The position numbers were made by a program, and so were the translations under genes. A stretch of 64,000 nucleotides of DNA. Source: Vairimorpha necatrix. Taxonomy: Eukaryota. Shown here piece by piece: positions 21,144 to 33,441 of the stretch. The DNA is taken from NCBI GenBank assembly GCA_036630325.1, contig CP142730.1, positions 806,001 to 870,000 of the forward strand, read 5' to 3'. The notes under the pieces were generated by a model, which was not told the DNA's origin, did not search any database, and was given only the letters and a program-made list of their open reading frames with translations. The stretch's first letter is position 1. Every line of letters begins with the position of its first letter.

Positions 21144-23387
21144 TTATTTATTATCTTTATTAATTGCTAAAACTTTTATCAAATCATTGTGTAACCCTAT
21201 TCCAGGGGTTCCATTTAAAACTTCAAACAAATCTTTTTCATTCAACAAAGATCGAATAATAGTTAAGTATTTTTCACAGCTTTCTTTTCTAGATTTAACA
21301 GAGTTAAATAATTTTATTAAAGCTTTTGGTAAATTTTGTTTGGCTTTATTTATTCTATTTTTATTTACATTAGATGTTATGTATTTTTTAAAACATTGCT
21401 TTAATTTTCTCTTATAATCATTGACTAGTTTTTCGTTATTGTTTAGTGCGAATATTTTTTTAATGTAGGTTGTTTCTTTTTTAAACACATGTTTTTCAAA
21501 TATGTATTCGATTATCTTAATTCCTTCCTTTATTAGTGCATTTTCAAATTCAAGTCTAACATTTTCATCAAATATATTTTCTACGTTTTTAATTAAAGCA
21601 TTCATAAGTTTTTCATTCAATAATTGTTTTAAAGATGTTTTTTGCAATATTTTCGTTATTTTCAGTGTTCTTATTTCTTTAATTTTTCTTCGTTTTTCAA
21701 AAATTTTATCTTCCCGATTATTTTCAAACAATTTTTTTGATATGCCTTTGCTACATTTGCTTATTTCAATTTTATCTAATCCAAGAGATTCAATAATTTC
21801 ATCTTTGGTGAGACTTATCTCATCATATCTACTTTTATACTTACTTAATCCTATGAATAATGAAGTTATTTTACACACATGTTTAATGAACTCTATTTTG
21901 TAGTTTATAATATTATCGATTTGAATATTTACCACTTCTTGTATAATTTTCGCAATTCTAATATTTTCTCTTTTACTTTTCATTGTGGCACCATTTGTAT
22001 TATTTTTTGTATCAATAAAATTACCAATCTCCTTTAAAGTAATAAATAACGGGCAGTCAATTACGTCATTTTCATTTATAAAATTCTCTGCCTCAATTAA
22101 TAGACAAATTTTTATTAAAAAAAATTCTAAACGTCTAGTTACAGGAGAAATTGTCGATATAATATATATAACATTTTCTATCATTTGTTCTTTTTCGTTG
22201 TTCTGCCTCTTTCCTATTAATGTATGAAAACTATACGATTTTATCAGTTTGCCGTACATTAATAAATGTGCAAATATTAATTTTAGAGCAGATCTTGGTG
22301 GTTTGAAAATTCTCATAACCAAAAAATCTATTTTTTTATTTTTGACTAACAATCCAAAAAACATTTCCACTCCTTTACCACTGTCATTGTTTTTAATTGC
22401 TTTGATATTTTCCAAAACTTCTTGAAGTTTAGAAAAACATTGATTCTCAATATAAGTTTTGCTACCATATTGTTTTGAGTCATCTTTTATGCAGTATAAA
22501 TGTTCAATAGACCCATCATTAATACTTAAACTATGTGAATGCAATTCGATTTTCAAATACGGATATTCTATTTCGATTATTCTAGGCGTACATTTTAGTT
22601 GACGCGGCACAGAATAAGTATCAAGCAAATTTACATCATGTGTTTTATAAAATACAAGCAGTTTTTTAAAAATTTCTTCATCAAATTTATTCTTAAGATT
22701 TATATTAAAATTTTTTAAATATTGAAATTTGTCCATATCAAAATCTTTGACATCCAATTCAAATAAATAATGAACATTCTCTATGCTCATGCGAAATCTG
22801 ACAAACAATCCATTATTTTCCAGAATGTAATAAATCCGAGCAGCAATAGCACTAAAATCACGTCCTTTGATATCTATACCATTTTTAATTTCATTGAGCA
22901 CTTCAGCTAAATAACTATTGTTATCACATATATTGTCATAATAAATTTCCCAACCGTTCTTATTTTCTCTTCTCTCTTGGTTAATATTACTAATATTTTC
23001 TATAACATCTTTAAAAAATGAACAATTTTTAATAGTTATTGAGTCATATATTAAGTTAACTGACTCTTCAATTGGAAATTTCAACATACTTCCTAAATAT
23101 ACTTCAATGTCTTCAGTGATGTCAATCAGAGATTTGTCTTCATAGAGAAACATAAAATTCCTTGTAATTTTTTTACTATCATCAGATAAATTTTGTTCTA
23201 TGTCTAAGTGTATCATTTTTTCACTTTCAATAAAACGGATAGTCACTTTAGTAATGGGTTTCTTAGGTATATAAATAGAATATTCTCTGTTTATTATTTT
23301 GTTCATTATAATATTACTGATTTCATTGGACATTATCTGGTTAGTTCGAATACGTATAAATGAAAAAAAAAATATCGAAAGTTTCAT
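21144..23387 (-). CDS. ~747-aa signal-peptide protein, family paralogue 2
   Basis: Same family motifs (YLFELDV, IKICLLIEAENFINENDVID, GIGLHNDLIKVL). Confidence 0.88.
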   Translation of the reverse strand: MKLSIFFFSFIRIRTNQIMSNEISNIIMNKIINREYSIYIPKKPITKVTIRFIESEKMIHLDIEQNLSDDSKKITRNFMFLYEDKSLIDITEDIEVYLGSMLKFPIEESVNLIYDSITIKNCSFFKDVIENISNINQERRENKNGWEIYYDNICDNNSYLAEVLNEIKNGIDIKGRDFSAIAARIYYILENNGLFVRFRMSIENVHYLFELDVKDFDMDKFQYLKNFNINLKNKFDEEIFKKLLVFYKTHDVNLLDTYSVPRQLKCTPRIIEIEYPYLKIELHSHSLSINDGSIEHLYCIKDDSKQYGSKTYIENQCFSKLQEVLENIKAIKNNDSGKGVEMFFGLLVKNKKIDFLVMRIFKPPRSALKLIFAHLLMYGKLIKSYSFHTLIGKRQNNEKEQMIENVIYIISTISPVTRRLEFFLIKICLLIEAENFINENDVIDCPLFITLKEIGNFIDTKNNTNGATMKSKRENIRIAKIIQEVVNIQIDNIINYKIEFIKHVCKITSLFIGLSKYKSRYDEISLTKDEIIESLGLDKIEISKCSKGISKKLFENNREDKIFEKRRKIKEIRTLKITKILQKTSLKQLLNEKLMNALIKNVENIFDENVRLEFENALIKEGIKIIEYIFEKHVFKKETTYIKKIFALNNNEKLVNDYKRKLKQCFKKYITSNVNKNRINKAKQNLPKALIKLFNSVKSRKESCEKYLTIIRSLLNEKDLFEVLNGTPGIGLHNDLIKVLAINKDNK

Positions 23388-23952
23388 TTAGGATAAAAAA
23401 TCTGATTTTTTAATATATATAAATATAAATTGTAGCAATAAAAATAATGATAAAGATTTTCTATTTAAATATAAAATATATCATAAATATTTATTTGAAG
23501 AATAAAATATGAAAAGTAAGATTTCAATTTATGACAAGCAATTATAATAATCCTCAATTTCTTAAAAAATAATATAATAATATATTTAAAAAACTGGTTA
23601 AGTAAATTGCAACATTAGGATAATATGTGTAAAACAATGCTTATTTGCTTAAATATGTTAAGTACACTATAGTTTCATTTACATTTATCAAAAGTTGTAG
23701 CACATAAATTTTATGCCTTGAGAATCTAGACCAATTCTGAACAGCCCAAATGAATTCTCTAGTTAAAAACAATCAAATATATTTAAATACGCGAAGACAA
23801 AATATTGTTCAAATATTTATCAAAAATTTAATTGAGTATTTTGATATGTTTAGGATTAAATATAAATTCTAAATTGTATTGTTTTTTGTATCATATTTCT
23901 GTGCATAATAAGATGCGTTTTCGGTTGGGTTTAGTTGAAAAAAATGGAGGGA

Positions 23953-25189
23953 GGTACCACAATACCCCTCCCCCCTCTGGGGGTGTTTACTTTATTTTTT
24001 CGAACCCCAAAATCGAAGTGCAAAAAAGGAGGAGCAGGAAGGGGACAAAAACTACTAGAACTTTATGAAAGTAAAAATACATAATAAAATGACTTAAAAT
24101 TGAATTTCAACCCAAATTTTGTCTCTAAATATATGATATAAAAAAATTAAAATTTATACAAATTTATCTACTTTATCCTAGTTTTTATTTAATAGCCCTT
24201 AAAAATGACAGATCTCTATAAGGATGTCGAGAAAATAATGGAAAAAATGATTTTAAGTACATTAGAAGGCAGATTTTGCCCATTATGTCTTGGAAATGTA
24301 CATCGACGTTTGGAAATACAAAATCAAATGCGTTGTACCACAAAAAGCTGTCGAAAAGAATATACAATAACTAAAAAGAAGCCTTTATTATGCTTAATTG
24401 TCTTGGTTAAAAATATGCCAGGTTCTATATCTATTGTTTGAAAATACAACTTTCAGAATGGTAAAAAACCTACTTAATATCCACAAAAAACAATCTATAG
24501 AATTATCAGAAAATGTAGTATACATATATTGTTAATATTATTATTGGAGGACCAGGTATAATTGTTGAAATGACGAATCTAAATTCGGAAAGAGACAAAA
24601 CAACAAAGGCCACAAAGTTGACGGTGTGTGGGTAATTGGGATGGTAAAAAGAACAGCCGAAAAAAGTCTAGTGCTTCTAAAAGTAAAAAATAGAAAAGCC
24701 GAAACTCTTGAAAGATAAATAAAAAAATATGTAAGTCCCGGAAGTATTATATTTAGTGACTGTTGGAAAGGTTATATAAATTTAAATCAATTGGGGTTTT
24801 AAAAACACATCACTGTTAACCATTCTCTTGGTTTTATAAATCCAGAGAAGGGTGTTCATACTAATTCGATTGAAGGGAGATGGGCTGGTGTTAAAAGAAT
24901 GATTCCTGCCAGAAATCCGACTGAAAAGGAAATAAATCGTTATCTTCATTTTTTTACTTTAAAAGAAATAATCCCATAAATACGTTCGAAATGTTAATAT
25001 AAAAGACATTTTACTACCACATCTTAATTTAAAATCAATTTTTGTATCTAAAAATATAATTAATTACTATTTTTACTATCATAAAGTTCTAGTAATTTTT
25101 GTCCCCTTCCTGCTCCTCCTTTTTTTGCACTTCGATTTTGGGGTTCGAAAAAATAAAGTAAACACCCTCAGAGGGGGTACTGTGGTTGC
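23953..25189 (+). mobile_element. Merlin-type DNA transposon with ~120-bp TIRs and a decayed transposase
   Basis: TIRs ~23953-24080 and ~25068-25189 are near-identical in inverted orientation. The interior gives CPLC...C, IGGPGIIVE/DESKFGKR, DGVWVIG, SDCWKGY, VNHS and GVHTNSIEGRW, with stops and frameshifts. No TSD found. Confidence 0.9.
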
Positions 25190-27256
25190 TTTCTCCCGAA
25201 AAAAATATAGCTCTTTCGACACGCGCGTTGCGGCAAAAAGATTACATCTACATCATTGCATTACTATTCCTTCTCAGCATATATCTAAAGATATCACAGT
25301 TGGTGCGTTATCTTGAAAAATTAACCTCTTTCCTTAATCTCAACATTAGTTAAAATTTGTGCGTTTTTACGTGAGCTTCTTAAAGGAATTATTTACATAA
25401 TTCTTAAAAGAAAATTAGAAAGCAGGCGATAACGGATAGTATGCCATCATACCAGGGGACTGGAACATGAGACCGAAATACGATGTATGTCTAATGATAG
25501 AAATGTGTTTCATTATCTCCTACAAACTGCATTTTTTCTGCAGCTTGCTATATGTCTTCTAAATTTGTTCTAAATATTTTGTTTTATACTAGCGGGTACA
25601 ATTATAACAGACAAAGGGCTTTCAAATCCACAATGCGGCGGGCTAAATACAGATCGCTATCTTGAATTTCAATACATAATAATTTCTAACTCTTAGTGTG
25701 TTTCATTTGAGTATAGTTTACATTCTTCCATCCTTGTTTCTTAAAAATTGTTGTGTTTATAGAAGAATTCATTTTTTATACATGAGCCTGTGAGAATTGG
25801 AAGCTGGGAATTTTCGAGTAAAGGAAAATCTTAAAATTATTAAATGAGATTTGTTTCTGATCATAGTTTTTTTCCAATGTTTCCGTTCTATATGAATGTA
25901 TATCATGATACAGTAGTTTAACGTTAGAATTTAAATCTTGATTTATAAGAATACAAATTTGAATACAGGAAGCTTATCATTCTGACAAAGATTGAAAAGG
26001 ACAACATTAGAAATATTTTTTTTCTAATGCAGACAAAAAATACAAATAAAATCTAAACGAATCGAAAGGAATGAAGTCAAGAAGTAATGTTTATTCAGAA
26101 ATCGATAAAAAACAATAACTATATTTATTTTAATCAAATTGGACGCCTACATTAAAAAAATCCCTGCTATACAATTTAAAAAAAAAACTCTTTATTTTTA
26201 CATCTTCGATTATAGCATTACATAATTGTATTAAAAGAAATGGTTCCATGACATAGATTTACTTCGCTGGTTTTTGGTCAAAAATCGTACGCTGTACTAG
26301 TTGTTTTGTTTAAAAATAAAGATTAAGTTTTTAATACAATTGCAATTTATCTTGTGATGACAGGTGTATATTAATGAAAGCAAAATAATGACGTATGTGT
26401 TTAAATATTTTTTAAAAGCATTGTAAAATATAGTAATTAGAATAATATTATTTACAATAAATCATAATAACACACACTATTACTTTTAAATAGATCATCA
26501 TTGTGCAGGAAGTTTATTTTTTTATATCCTATAGAGATTTGGAAATAAAAACTTATATTGTAAAAATAGCATATAAACAAAACCATAACAGTTTTGGATG
26601 CTATTTACAGTCATTTTCGTTGCAATTTATTTCTCATTTTTCATTTTATTATTTAAGTTTAAAAGACTTGTTACAGTAGTAGTGAATATAGATCCAGAAA
26701 CGTAGCGTTTTGTGTTCAATGGGCAGTTAGATTTATAGATGGGAGAATATATGCACATATGTTTTTTTTTGTGTAAAGAGAATTATTCACATTGGAAATT
26801 ATTTATTCGGAGTTACAGCAAATAAAGATATAATAAAACAGATTATAATATTTTATCAAGAAAGTAAGCAAAAAAGAGATTTTCTGTCTTAAAACAAAAA
26901 TTGTAAACTTCCAAGGGCTATTTATTGATAAATTAAGAGTCTTTTTGGGCACTGTATGTCAAAAAGACACAAGTTCGATTTTCAAAGGCGTCAGAAATTA
27001 AAAATGTTTAAAATGAAAGTTTGTTACAAATACGCCGAATTCTCGATCCCAGTAAATGACAATAATTATTGAAATTATCATTAGATACTAATGACTTAAA
27101 ATTCATCTGGCAATATTGAAACAAAATTTAAAATCTTTTAAAAAAAAAACGCAAACAATTAAACAACAATAGGATATAAAGTTGAGAAGTATTTTTACAT
27201 TTCAAACATCTAGAACGCAACGAAAGTAAGCTGTTCTTCTTAGTTTTTAAAATTTA

Positions 27257-30200
27257 TTAAATTATATTTATTAATTCATCTTCTAATACTTTTGTCATTT
27301 TGTTGTGCAAAATAAGCCCTTCATGTCCACAAAAAAGCTTAAATAATTCATCTTTCGACAATATTGAATTTAATTTAGAAAAATCTTGCTCTAGATTTTT
27401 CATTATAATTGATTCATTTTTCAATTTATTTTCAAATAGAGCTATTAAAATAATGGGTAATTTTTTCTTGCAACATTTTTTCACATTTTCCTCAATATTG
27501 TTGCTTAATAGAGCATAGAACTCTTTGTTTAATTCCTTTTTATATTCATTAATTATTTGTTTATCATATTTGTCAAATGTTTTATTTGGATTTTCCATCC
27601 CCTCTTTCGGAAATGTTTTTAAATACTTTTTGTAGCCAATCAAATCTGTCCATTTGTAAGAATATGATTGGTCAGCATTTGATCGGCTACGACACCCCCT
27701 CAATCAGTCTTCGACGTGTCCTTCTTAATATGACTTATGTTAACTCTCAATTCGCCTGCTGAATTTTTCCTTTTTACCAGAAATGCGTCTTCACTTAAAA
27801 TTTTGACAATAATATAACCAGGTGACCATTTAGCTTCTAACTTTCCACTTCCTGGGTAATCTCTGTAAACTAAAACATCTTCTCCTATTTTAAACTTTTG
27901 CTTTATATCTTTTTTCCCTTTAACGATGTATTTGCTGTATTTTTTAAAGTTTAAGTCCCTCTTCCGTAAAAGTTCTTGCTTCGTATAGGTCTTAGGGGTA
28001 ACTCCTATTCTCTCATCTATGGCTGTTGTTATTTGCTGACCGTATTTTAGAATGTACGGCGACGTTCCTATTGATCGGTTAAACGATAGATTTACTGCCA
28101 ATGTAGCTTCTTTGACAACTTTCCTCCAGCCAATTTCGCCATAGTTTGCTAATTTTCTAATTTTGTTCGTCAATGTTTGTATGACCCTCTCAACCGCGCC
28201 TGTAGTCTGGTGATGGTATGGCGAACAAAATTCCCATGATATATTATACTTTGAACCTAATGCTTGTACCACGCTGTTATCAAACTCTAAGCCGTTGTCT
28301 GTCAAGATTCTTTCGGGTATCCCATGCTTACTAATGATTAATTCTTCGATCGCCTTATATATTTCACAGCTCTTTTTGCTTCGTAAGATCTTGGTTTCTA
28401 TCCATTTAGAGTAGTGATCGATCGCTACAAATATGTATCCGCTTCCGCTGTTGTCCGAAAGTTTTCCAAGCAGATCAAATTCCCACAGCTGATTGGGTCT
28501 TTCTGAAAGTATTACTTTGTTCTTTGTCTTCACGCGTTGATATCCCGAACGAAGACATGTTTTGCAATTGCTTACGAATTTCGAAATGTCTTGGTGCATT
28601 GTTTTCCACTTATGTGCCTGTGAAATCATAAATTTCATGGTATTTGATGTCCCATGCCCTGATATTTTATGGTACTCCTCTAGTATGTCGTTGATGTTAT
28701 TATTCGATAACTGATGTAAATCAATGTTACATGTTTCACACTCTTGGTGAAATCTACTAAAGCCATCAGCAATGTTATGCTCTCCTTTTATATACTCCAA
28801 TTCGAAGTCGTATTCCGCCAATTTGAGTGCCCATCTGAGAATCCTACTAGTTGGATCCTTCACTGTCCATAGATAGATTAAGGCTTTGTGGTCTGTTCTG
28901 AGCGTAAATTTGCTTCCCAAAAGGTAATGTCTAAAATGTTCTATTCCTTTAACCAAGCCAAGAAGTTCTTTATCGGTAACTGAATAATTCTTCTGACAAT
29001 TATCTAGTCTTTTGCTAAAGGCGGCTATCATTTTTTCAGCTCCAGTTTTGTTCTTTTGCAGCAGCACTGCTCCTATTCCCGTTTCAGATGCGTCAGTAAC
29101 CAGAATGAATGGAGCTTTAAAATTTGGCTGTGTACGTATTGTATTTTGGCTTAGTACTTTTTTAACGGTTTTAAACGTATCCAGCTGTTTGTCAGTAAGT
29201 TTAATTTTTTTACCAGATGTCTGTTTTTCGCCCTTAAGTACATCATACAAGGGTCCCGTAATTTCTGCCATCTTTGTCACAAAATCCCTGCAATAGTTGG
29301 CCATTCCTAGAAAACTCCTTAATTCCTTTATGGTGGTAGGAATTGGGTACGCTTGTATATCCTTAATGCGCGTTTCGTCTACCTTTATGATTCCGTTTCC
29401 AATGACGTTCCCCAAGATCTTTATTTCCGATCTAAAGAATTTACACTTTTTCTTATTAAGCGATAGATTTGCCGCTCTTATTTTTCCCAATACTATTCTC
29501 ACATGTTTCTTATGTTCTTCCTTGTTCCTTGAATATATTATAATATCGTCTAAGTATGGGATCACAAAATTATGGTTTTCTTTCCTGAATATATTGTCCA
29601 TTGCCCTTTGAAATGTTGCTGGGGCGTTACATAGTCCGAACGGCATACGATTAAATTCGTATAATTTCCCCCTATACGAAAATGCTGTCTTTTCCTTGTC
29701 TTCTTCTTGTAAAGGAATTTGATGGAATCCACTAGTCGCGTCCAGTATTGTAAAAATAGTTGCAGTTGATAGACTGTCAAAAATCTCGTCGATTCTAGGT
29801 GTCATGTATGCGTCCTTTACTGTTATGCTATTCAGACCTCTATAGTCTACGCACATTCTCCATGTTTTGTCAGGCTTCGGTACCATCAGTATTCTGCTAC
29901 ACCAGGGACTTCTGCTTTCCCTTAAAATTCCAAGTTCTAGGAGTTTGTTGATTTCTTCATTTACGGCTTCTTCTTGTGATACTGGTATTCTTCCGTTCCT
30001 TTGGCAAATTATCTTCGTACTGTTCGTCTGTATACGATGACTACCTGCAGTGCAGAGGTTATAGTCGCTTATTTCTGTTTTGAAGACGTCCTCGTACTCT
30101 TTCAAAATTTTGTTCTCTTCTAAATCACATGCGGAATTCGACATTTGGTTGATTCTATATTTTGGTGCATTTAGAATATCTAAAATCAGTTTTTTATTGT

Positions 30201-33200
30201 CGCATATTACATTTGCTCCTATTATAACATATTTTATGTCTTTGATTATTAAGGGTGAGAAGATCACACCTTTTCCATTAATTTCGATTATACAGTCTTT
30301 TAAATAGCCTTCTATTTTTAATATTTCATTTCCTATACCTTTTACTACGCCATTATATCTAATAATCTTATTACGTTCTTCTTGTGGAATATCATTGTAA
30401 TTTATGACCGAAACATCGGCCCCAGTGTCTAGTAGTACTTTCGTATTTTTATTAAAGAGACGGCTTTCCACAAAAAATGGGTTAAAACTATTTTGTATAT
30501 GATGTAAATAGAATTCAATTTCTTTATTGTCATGATCTTTCTCGTCACTTTCGTATTCTTCAACGGCATTTATATTTTTTCTCTTCAAGTTGTTTCTTTC
30601 TCTATTGAGTATTATGGTAAGTGCTTTGCAGTCTCTTGTGGAATGGTTACATTCCCCGTGGAGTGTGCACCGTTTATTAGTATGCCGCGGTAGTTTTTCA
30701 TGGGTTATGTTTCTTTTAAATCCTTTTTCTTTGTAAAAATTAGTGTGGGGCCCTCTGCCCGCGTTGTCGTGTAGCTTAGTCCTAGCTAACATCTTATCGG
30801 GATATGGAATCCACGATATCTCCTCCGCCTTTTGTATAAATCCTTGCCACGTCTGGACAGTAGTTGCGGTCTGGTATAACAGAGCTTTTATCTCCATTGG
30901 TGATTTATTAATTACCATTTGGCACAAAGCGTCCAAATTTATAAGAGATCTCTCATATATTACAGTAGCTTCCTGTAGCATCTGCGAGTAATCTTCTCTC
31001 GTTTCCGGGACCATTATTGAGAGGAACCTGCTTAGTGTTATATCGTTGTTCTTATACGATCCAAATCTTTTCTTTATTAAATGAAGTATTTCCTCTAAGC
31101 TGACTGTCTCCATTTTCCCGCCTAATGTCTGGGAAGCCCATGATAATGCTTTCCCCCTGAGCTTGCTCACCAATGCCGCTTTGAATTGATCATTGGTCCA
31201 TTTCGAAACTTCCCCTACCAACATTATGTCTCTCAGCCAGACATTTACATCCTCACCTGCTTCTCCTGTGAAGCATCCGACATTGTTTGTCGTTGTCGCC
31301 ATGTCAAATGTTTTATTTGGATTTTCCATCCCCTCTTTCGGAAATGTTTTTAAATACTTTTTGTAGCCAATCAAATCTGTCCATTTGTAAGAATATGATT
31401 GGTCAGCATTTGATCGGCTACGACAATATTTATCCAGCATTTTACATGTATTAAATGTTGTTTTATTATATTGAAATGTTTTTTCAATTTTGTTTTTCCC
31501 AATTTCAATATATGTTTCCTCAAAATTTAATTTTACCTCTTCATCATATAAATCATCTATCTCTAAACTGTAAACATCATTCATAATTTCATTAAATAAT
31601 TTATTGAATATTGATTTGGTCAATTTTCGTAAAATCCCATTTATCTTTCCTTTATATAGGTTTATTTCTATTTCGCTTGATGTTTTTTTCCTATTTTCTT
31701 CTAAATTCTTTTCTAATCTATTAAAATATTGGAATTCGATCTTTTCGGCATCTTCTTGCGAATTTTTAGTAATTTCTTTCTTAATTATCTTAATATTGTT
31801 TTCTATTGTACTTTCATTCAATCCAAAATTATTGACAACTTCACGTTTTAGATTATAAAAATGATTGCTCCTTAATACATATGTATTTTCTTCAAATCCA
31901 GTAAATAATGACGACAATTCTAGAAATAAAGTCAATATATAATCTTTATGATTTGTAATATCTTTTAGGTGATGTTTTAGAAATTCTTGATTGATTTCTA
32001 ACAAATCGGTACTATCATCATAAGATGAATTGTTAATATTGTTTCTAGTATTTTTTCTTGACACAACTAGTTTTCCTAAATGTTTTAAAGAATTGAATAT
32101 TGGGTCATCAATATTATTATTATTATTTATATATTTTTCTGCTTCTAAAAAAATACAGATCTTCATTATGTAAATATTTGAAGAATATTTTTGATTGTCT
32201 GTTTTTTTCAAAAATTGGCTAATAAGTTGTTTCTTTCTCATTTTGTCTAGTTTTTCGCTGCCTAAAATAATTTTAATTTCATTTTCTGATATTATTTTTT
32301 GACTTAACAGGAGGTGGGCAAATATAATATTTATGGCAGTCCCTGGATTATTTATTATCTTGCCTACAAGAAATCCTAGTTTTTTTTTATGTCTTAATAA
32401 TCTATAAAATAATTCAACAGCTTTTACGTATTCATCATTTTGCTCTATCACATAAATTTTTTTAAATAAATTTCTAAATTCTAAAAGAGATTTTTCTTCG
32501 ATGTTTATTTCATTGGAGATAGGAATTAATCGTTTTCTTGTTGAATAAACAAAGCAGTCTTGATCTTGCATGATTCGTATTTCATTATTGTAAATCTTTA
32601 TTTCGAAAGTACCATTTATCAATTTTATTTCATTAAATTTAAAAACTTCAAAACGATGTTGTATATATAAATCGCTTTCATCAATTAACATAAACTTATA
32701 TAGTTCATGAAAATGCTTACCGATCCTAATATCGGTATCATTAGTATGTGAAGATATAAAACTTACACTAGATAGAAGTGATTTTTCATAAACTTCATTA
32801 AGATCTACTTCAAATAAGTAAAATATATTATCAGTTTGTATACTTAAATTCAAATAACATTCACTGTTAATCTCAGTTATCATGATTGGTATTTTGTATG
32901 TATTTGAACTAGATTTAAAGTATTTTAAATCACATGCGATTTGAATTATCGTTCTATTCCACAAACCACAATGATCAATTATAATATCATAATAAATTTC
33001 GGGGCGCATATCCATTTCTTTTCTCTTAAGATTCTCTTCCTTTAGATATTTGATGATCTTTTGGTAGGTTTGATTATCTTTACAATATTTTGGATCGTAT
33101 ATTAAAATTATAGCATCTGCGAGATGTTTTATATATTCAATTAATAATTTTCCCTCAAATTCTTCAACAATAGATTTTATAGATTTGTCATCTATAGCGA

Positions 33201-33441
33201 TTGTTATTTCTTCTAGTTCCTCATTTTTATTCCAAGGGTATGTTACCATTGTCAGTTTTGCATTTATTTCATATAGACTCAAATCCAAATTAAGTATTAC
33301 TTTTAAATATCTGTTTTCAATATTAATTATAGAATAATCTCGCCTAACTATTTTATTCAACAATGTAATATTGAGTTTATCATATATAAGATCAGATGCT
33401 TGTAAAAAATTAATAAATAAAAGTATTTGAACAATATTCAT
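27257..33441 (-). CDS. Family paralogue 3 (774 aa reconstructed), interrupted by a Ty3/gypsy element and read as a 1913-aa in-frame fusion
   Basis: Host codons 1-672 (33441-31426) are in frame with the LTR (41 codons) and Gag-Pol (1200 codons). The remaining 102 host codons lie at 27565-27257 (DKQIINEY...GLILHNKMTKVLED). Start context CCCCCATG. Confidence 0.9.
27571..31425 (-). mobile_element. Full-length Ty3/gypsy LTR retrotransposon (3855 bp)
   Basis: Identical 124-bp LTRs (31302-31425, 27571-27694; TGTC...GACA). 5-bp TSD AATAT (31426-31430, 27566-27570). PBS TGGCGACAACG; PPT GAGGGGG. Confidence 0.97.
27700..31302 (-). CDS. Single-ORF Gag-Pol polyprotein (Gag, CHHC knuckle, protease, RT, RNase H, integrase)
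   Basis: Motifs CTLHGECNHSTRDC; LLDTGADVS; LDATSGFHQ, RMPFGLCNAPATFQR, YLDD; VTDAS; H..H..C..C, TDNG, AVER. The PR-RT-RH-IN order is that of Ty3/gypsy. Confidence 0.97.
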   Translation of the reverse strand: MATTTNNVGCFTGEAGEDVNVWLRDIMLVGEVSKWTNDQFKAALVSKLRGKALSWASQTLGGKMETVSLEEILHLIKKRFGSYKNNDITLSRFLSIMVPETREDYSQMLQEATVIYERSLINLDALCQMVINKSPMEIKALLYQTATTVQTWQGFIQKAEEISWIPYPDKMLARTKLHDNAGRGPHTNFYKEKGFKRNITHEKLPRHTNKRCTLHGECNHSTRDCKALTIILNRERNNLKRKNINAVEEYESDEKDHDNKEIEFYLHHIQNSFNPFFVESRLFNKNTKVLLDTGADVSVINYNDIPQEERNKIIRYNGVVKGIGNEILKIEGYLKDCIIEINGKGVIFSPLIIKDIKYVIIGANVICDNKKLILDILNAPKYRINQMSNSACDLEENKILKEYEDVFKTEISDYNLCTAGSHRIQTNSTKIICQRNGRIPVSQEEAVNEEINKLLELGILRESRSPWCSRILMVPKPDKTWRMCVDYRGLNSITVKDAYMTPRIDEIFDSLSTATIFTILDATSGFHQIPLQEEDKEKTAFSYRGKLYEFNRMPFGLCNAPATFQRAMDNIFRKENHNFVIPYLDDIIIYSRNKEEHKKHVRIVLGKIRAANLSLNKKKCKFFRSEIKILGNVIGNGIIKVDETRIKDIQAYPIPTTIKELRSFLGMANYCRDFVTKMAEITGPLYDVLKGEKQTSGKKIKLTDKQLDTFKTVKKVLSQNTIRTQPNFKAPFILVTDASETGIGAVLLQKNKTGAEKMIAAFSKRLDNCQKNYSVTDKELLGLVKGIEHFRHYLLGSKFTLRTDHKALIYLWTVKDPTSRILRWALKLAEYDFELEYIKGEHNIADGFSRFHQECETCNIDLHQLSNNNINDILEEYHKISGHGTSNTMKFMISQAHKWKTMHQDISKFVSNCKTCLRSGYQRVKTKNKVILSERPNQLWEFDLLGKLSDNSGSGYIFVAIDHYSKWIETKILRSKKSCEIYKAIEELIISKHGIPERILTDNGLEFDNSVVQALGSKYNISWEFCSPYHHQTTGAVERVIQTLTNKIRKLANYGEIGWRKVVKEATLAVNLSFNRSIGTSPYILKYGQQITTAIDERIGVTPKTYTKQELLRKRDLNFKKYSKYIVKGKKDIKQKFKIGEDVLVYRDYPGSGKLEAKWSPGYIIVKILSEDAFLVKRKNSAGELRVNISHIKKDTSKTD

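Noticed and set aside
27257-27703. Independent 148-aa gene
   Set aside because: TTG start in the PPT; it is the 3' LTR plus the severed C-terminus of paralogue 3.
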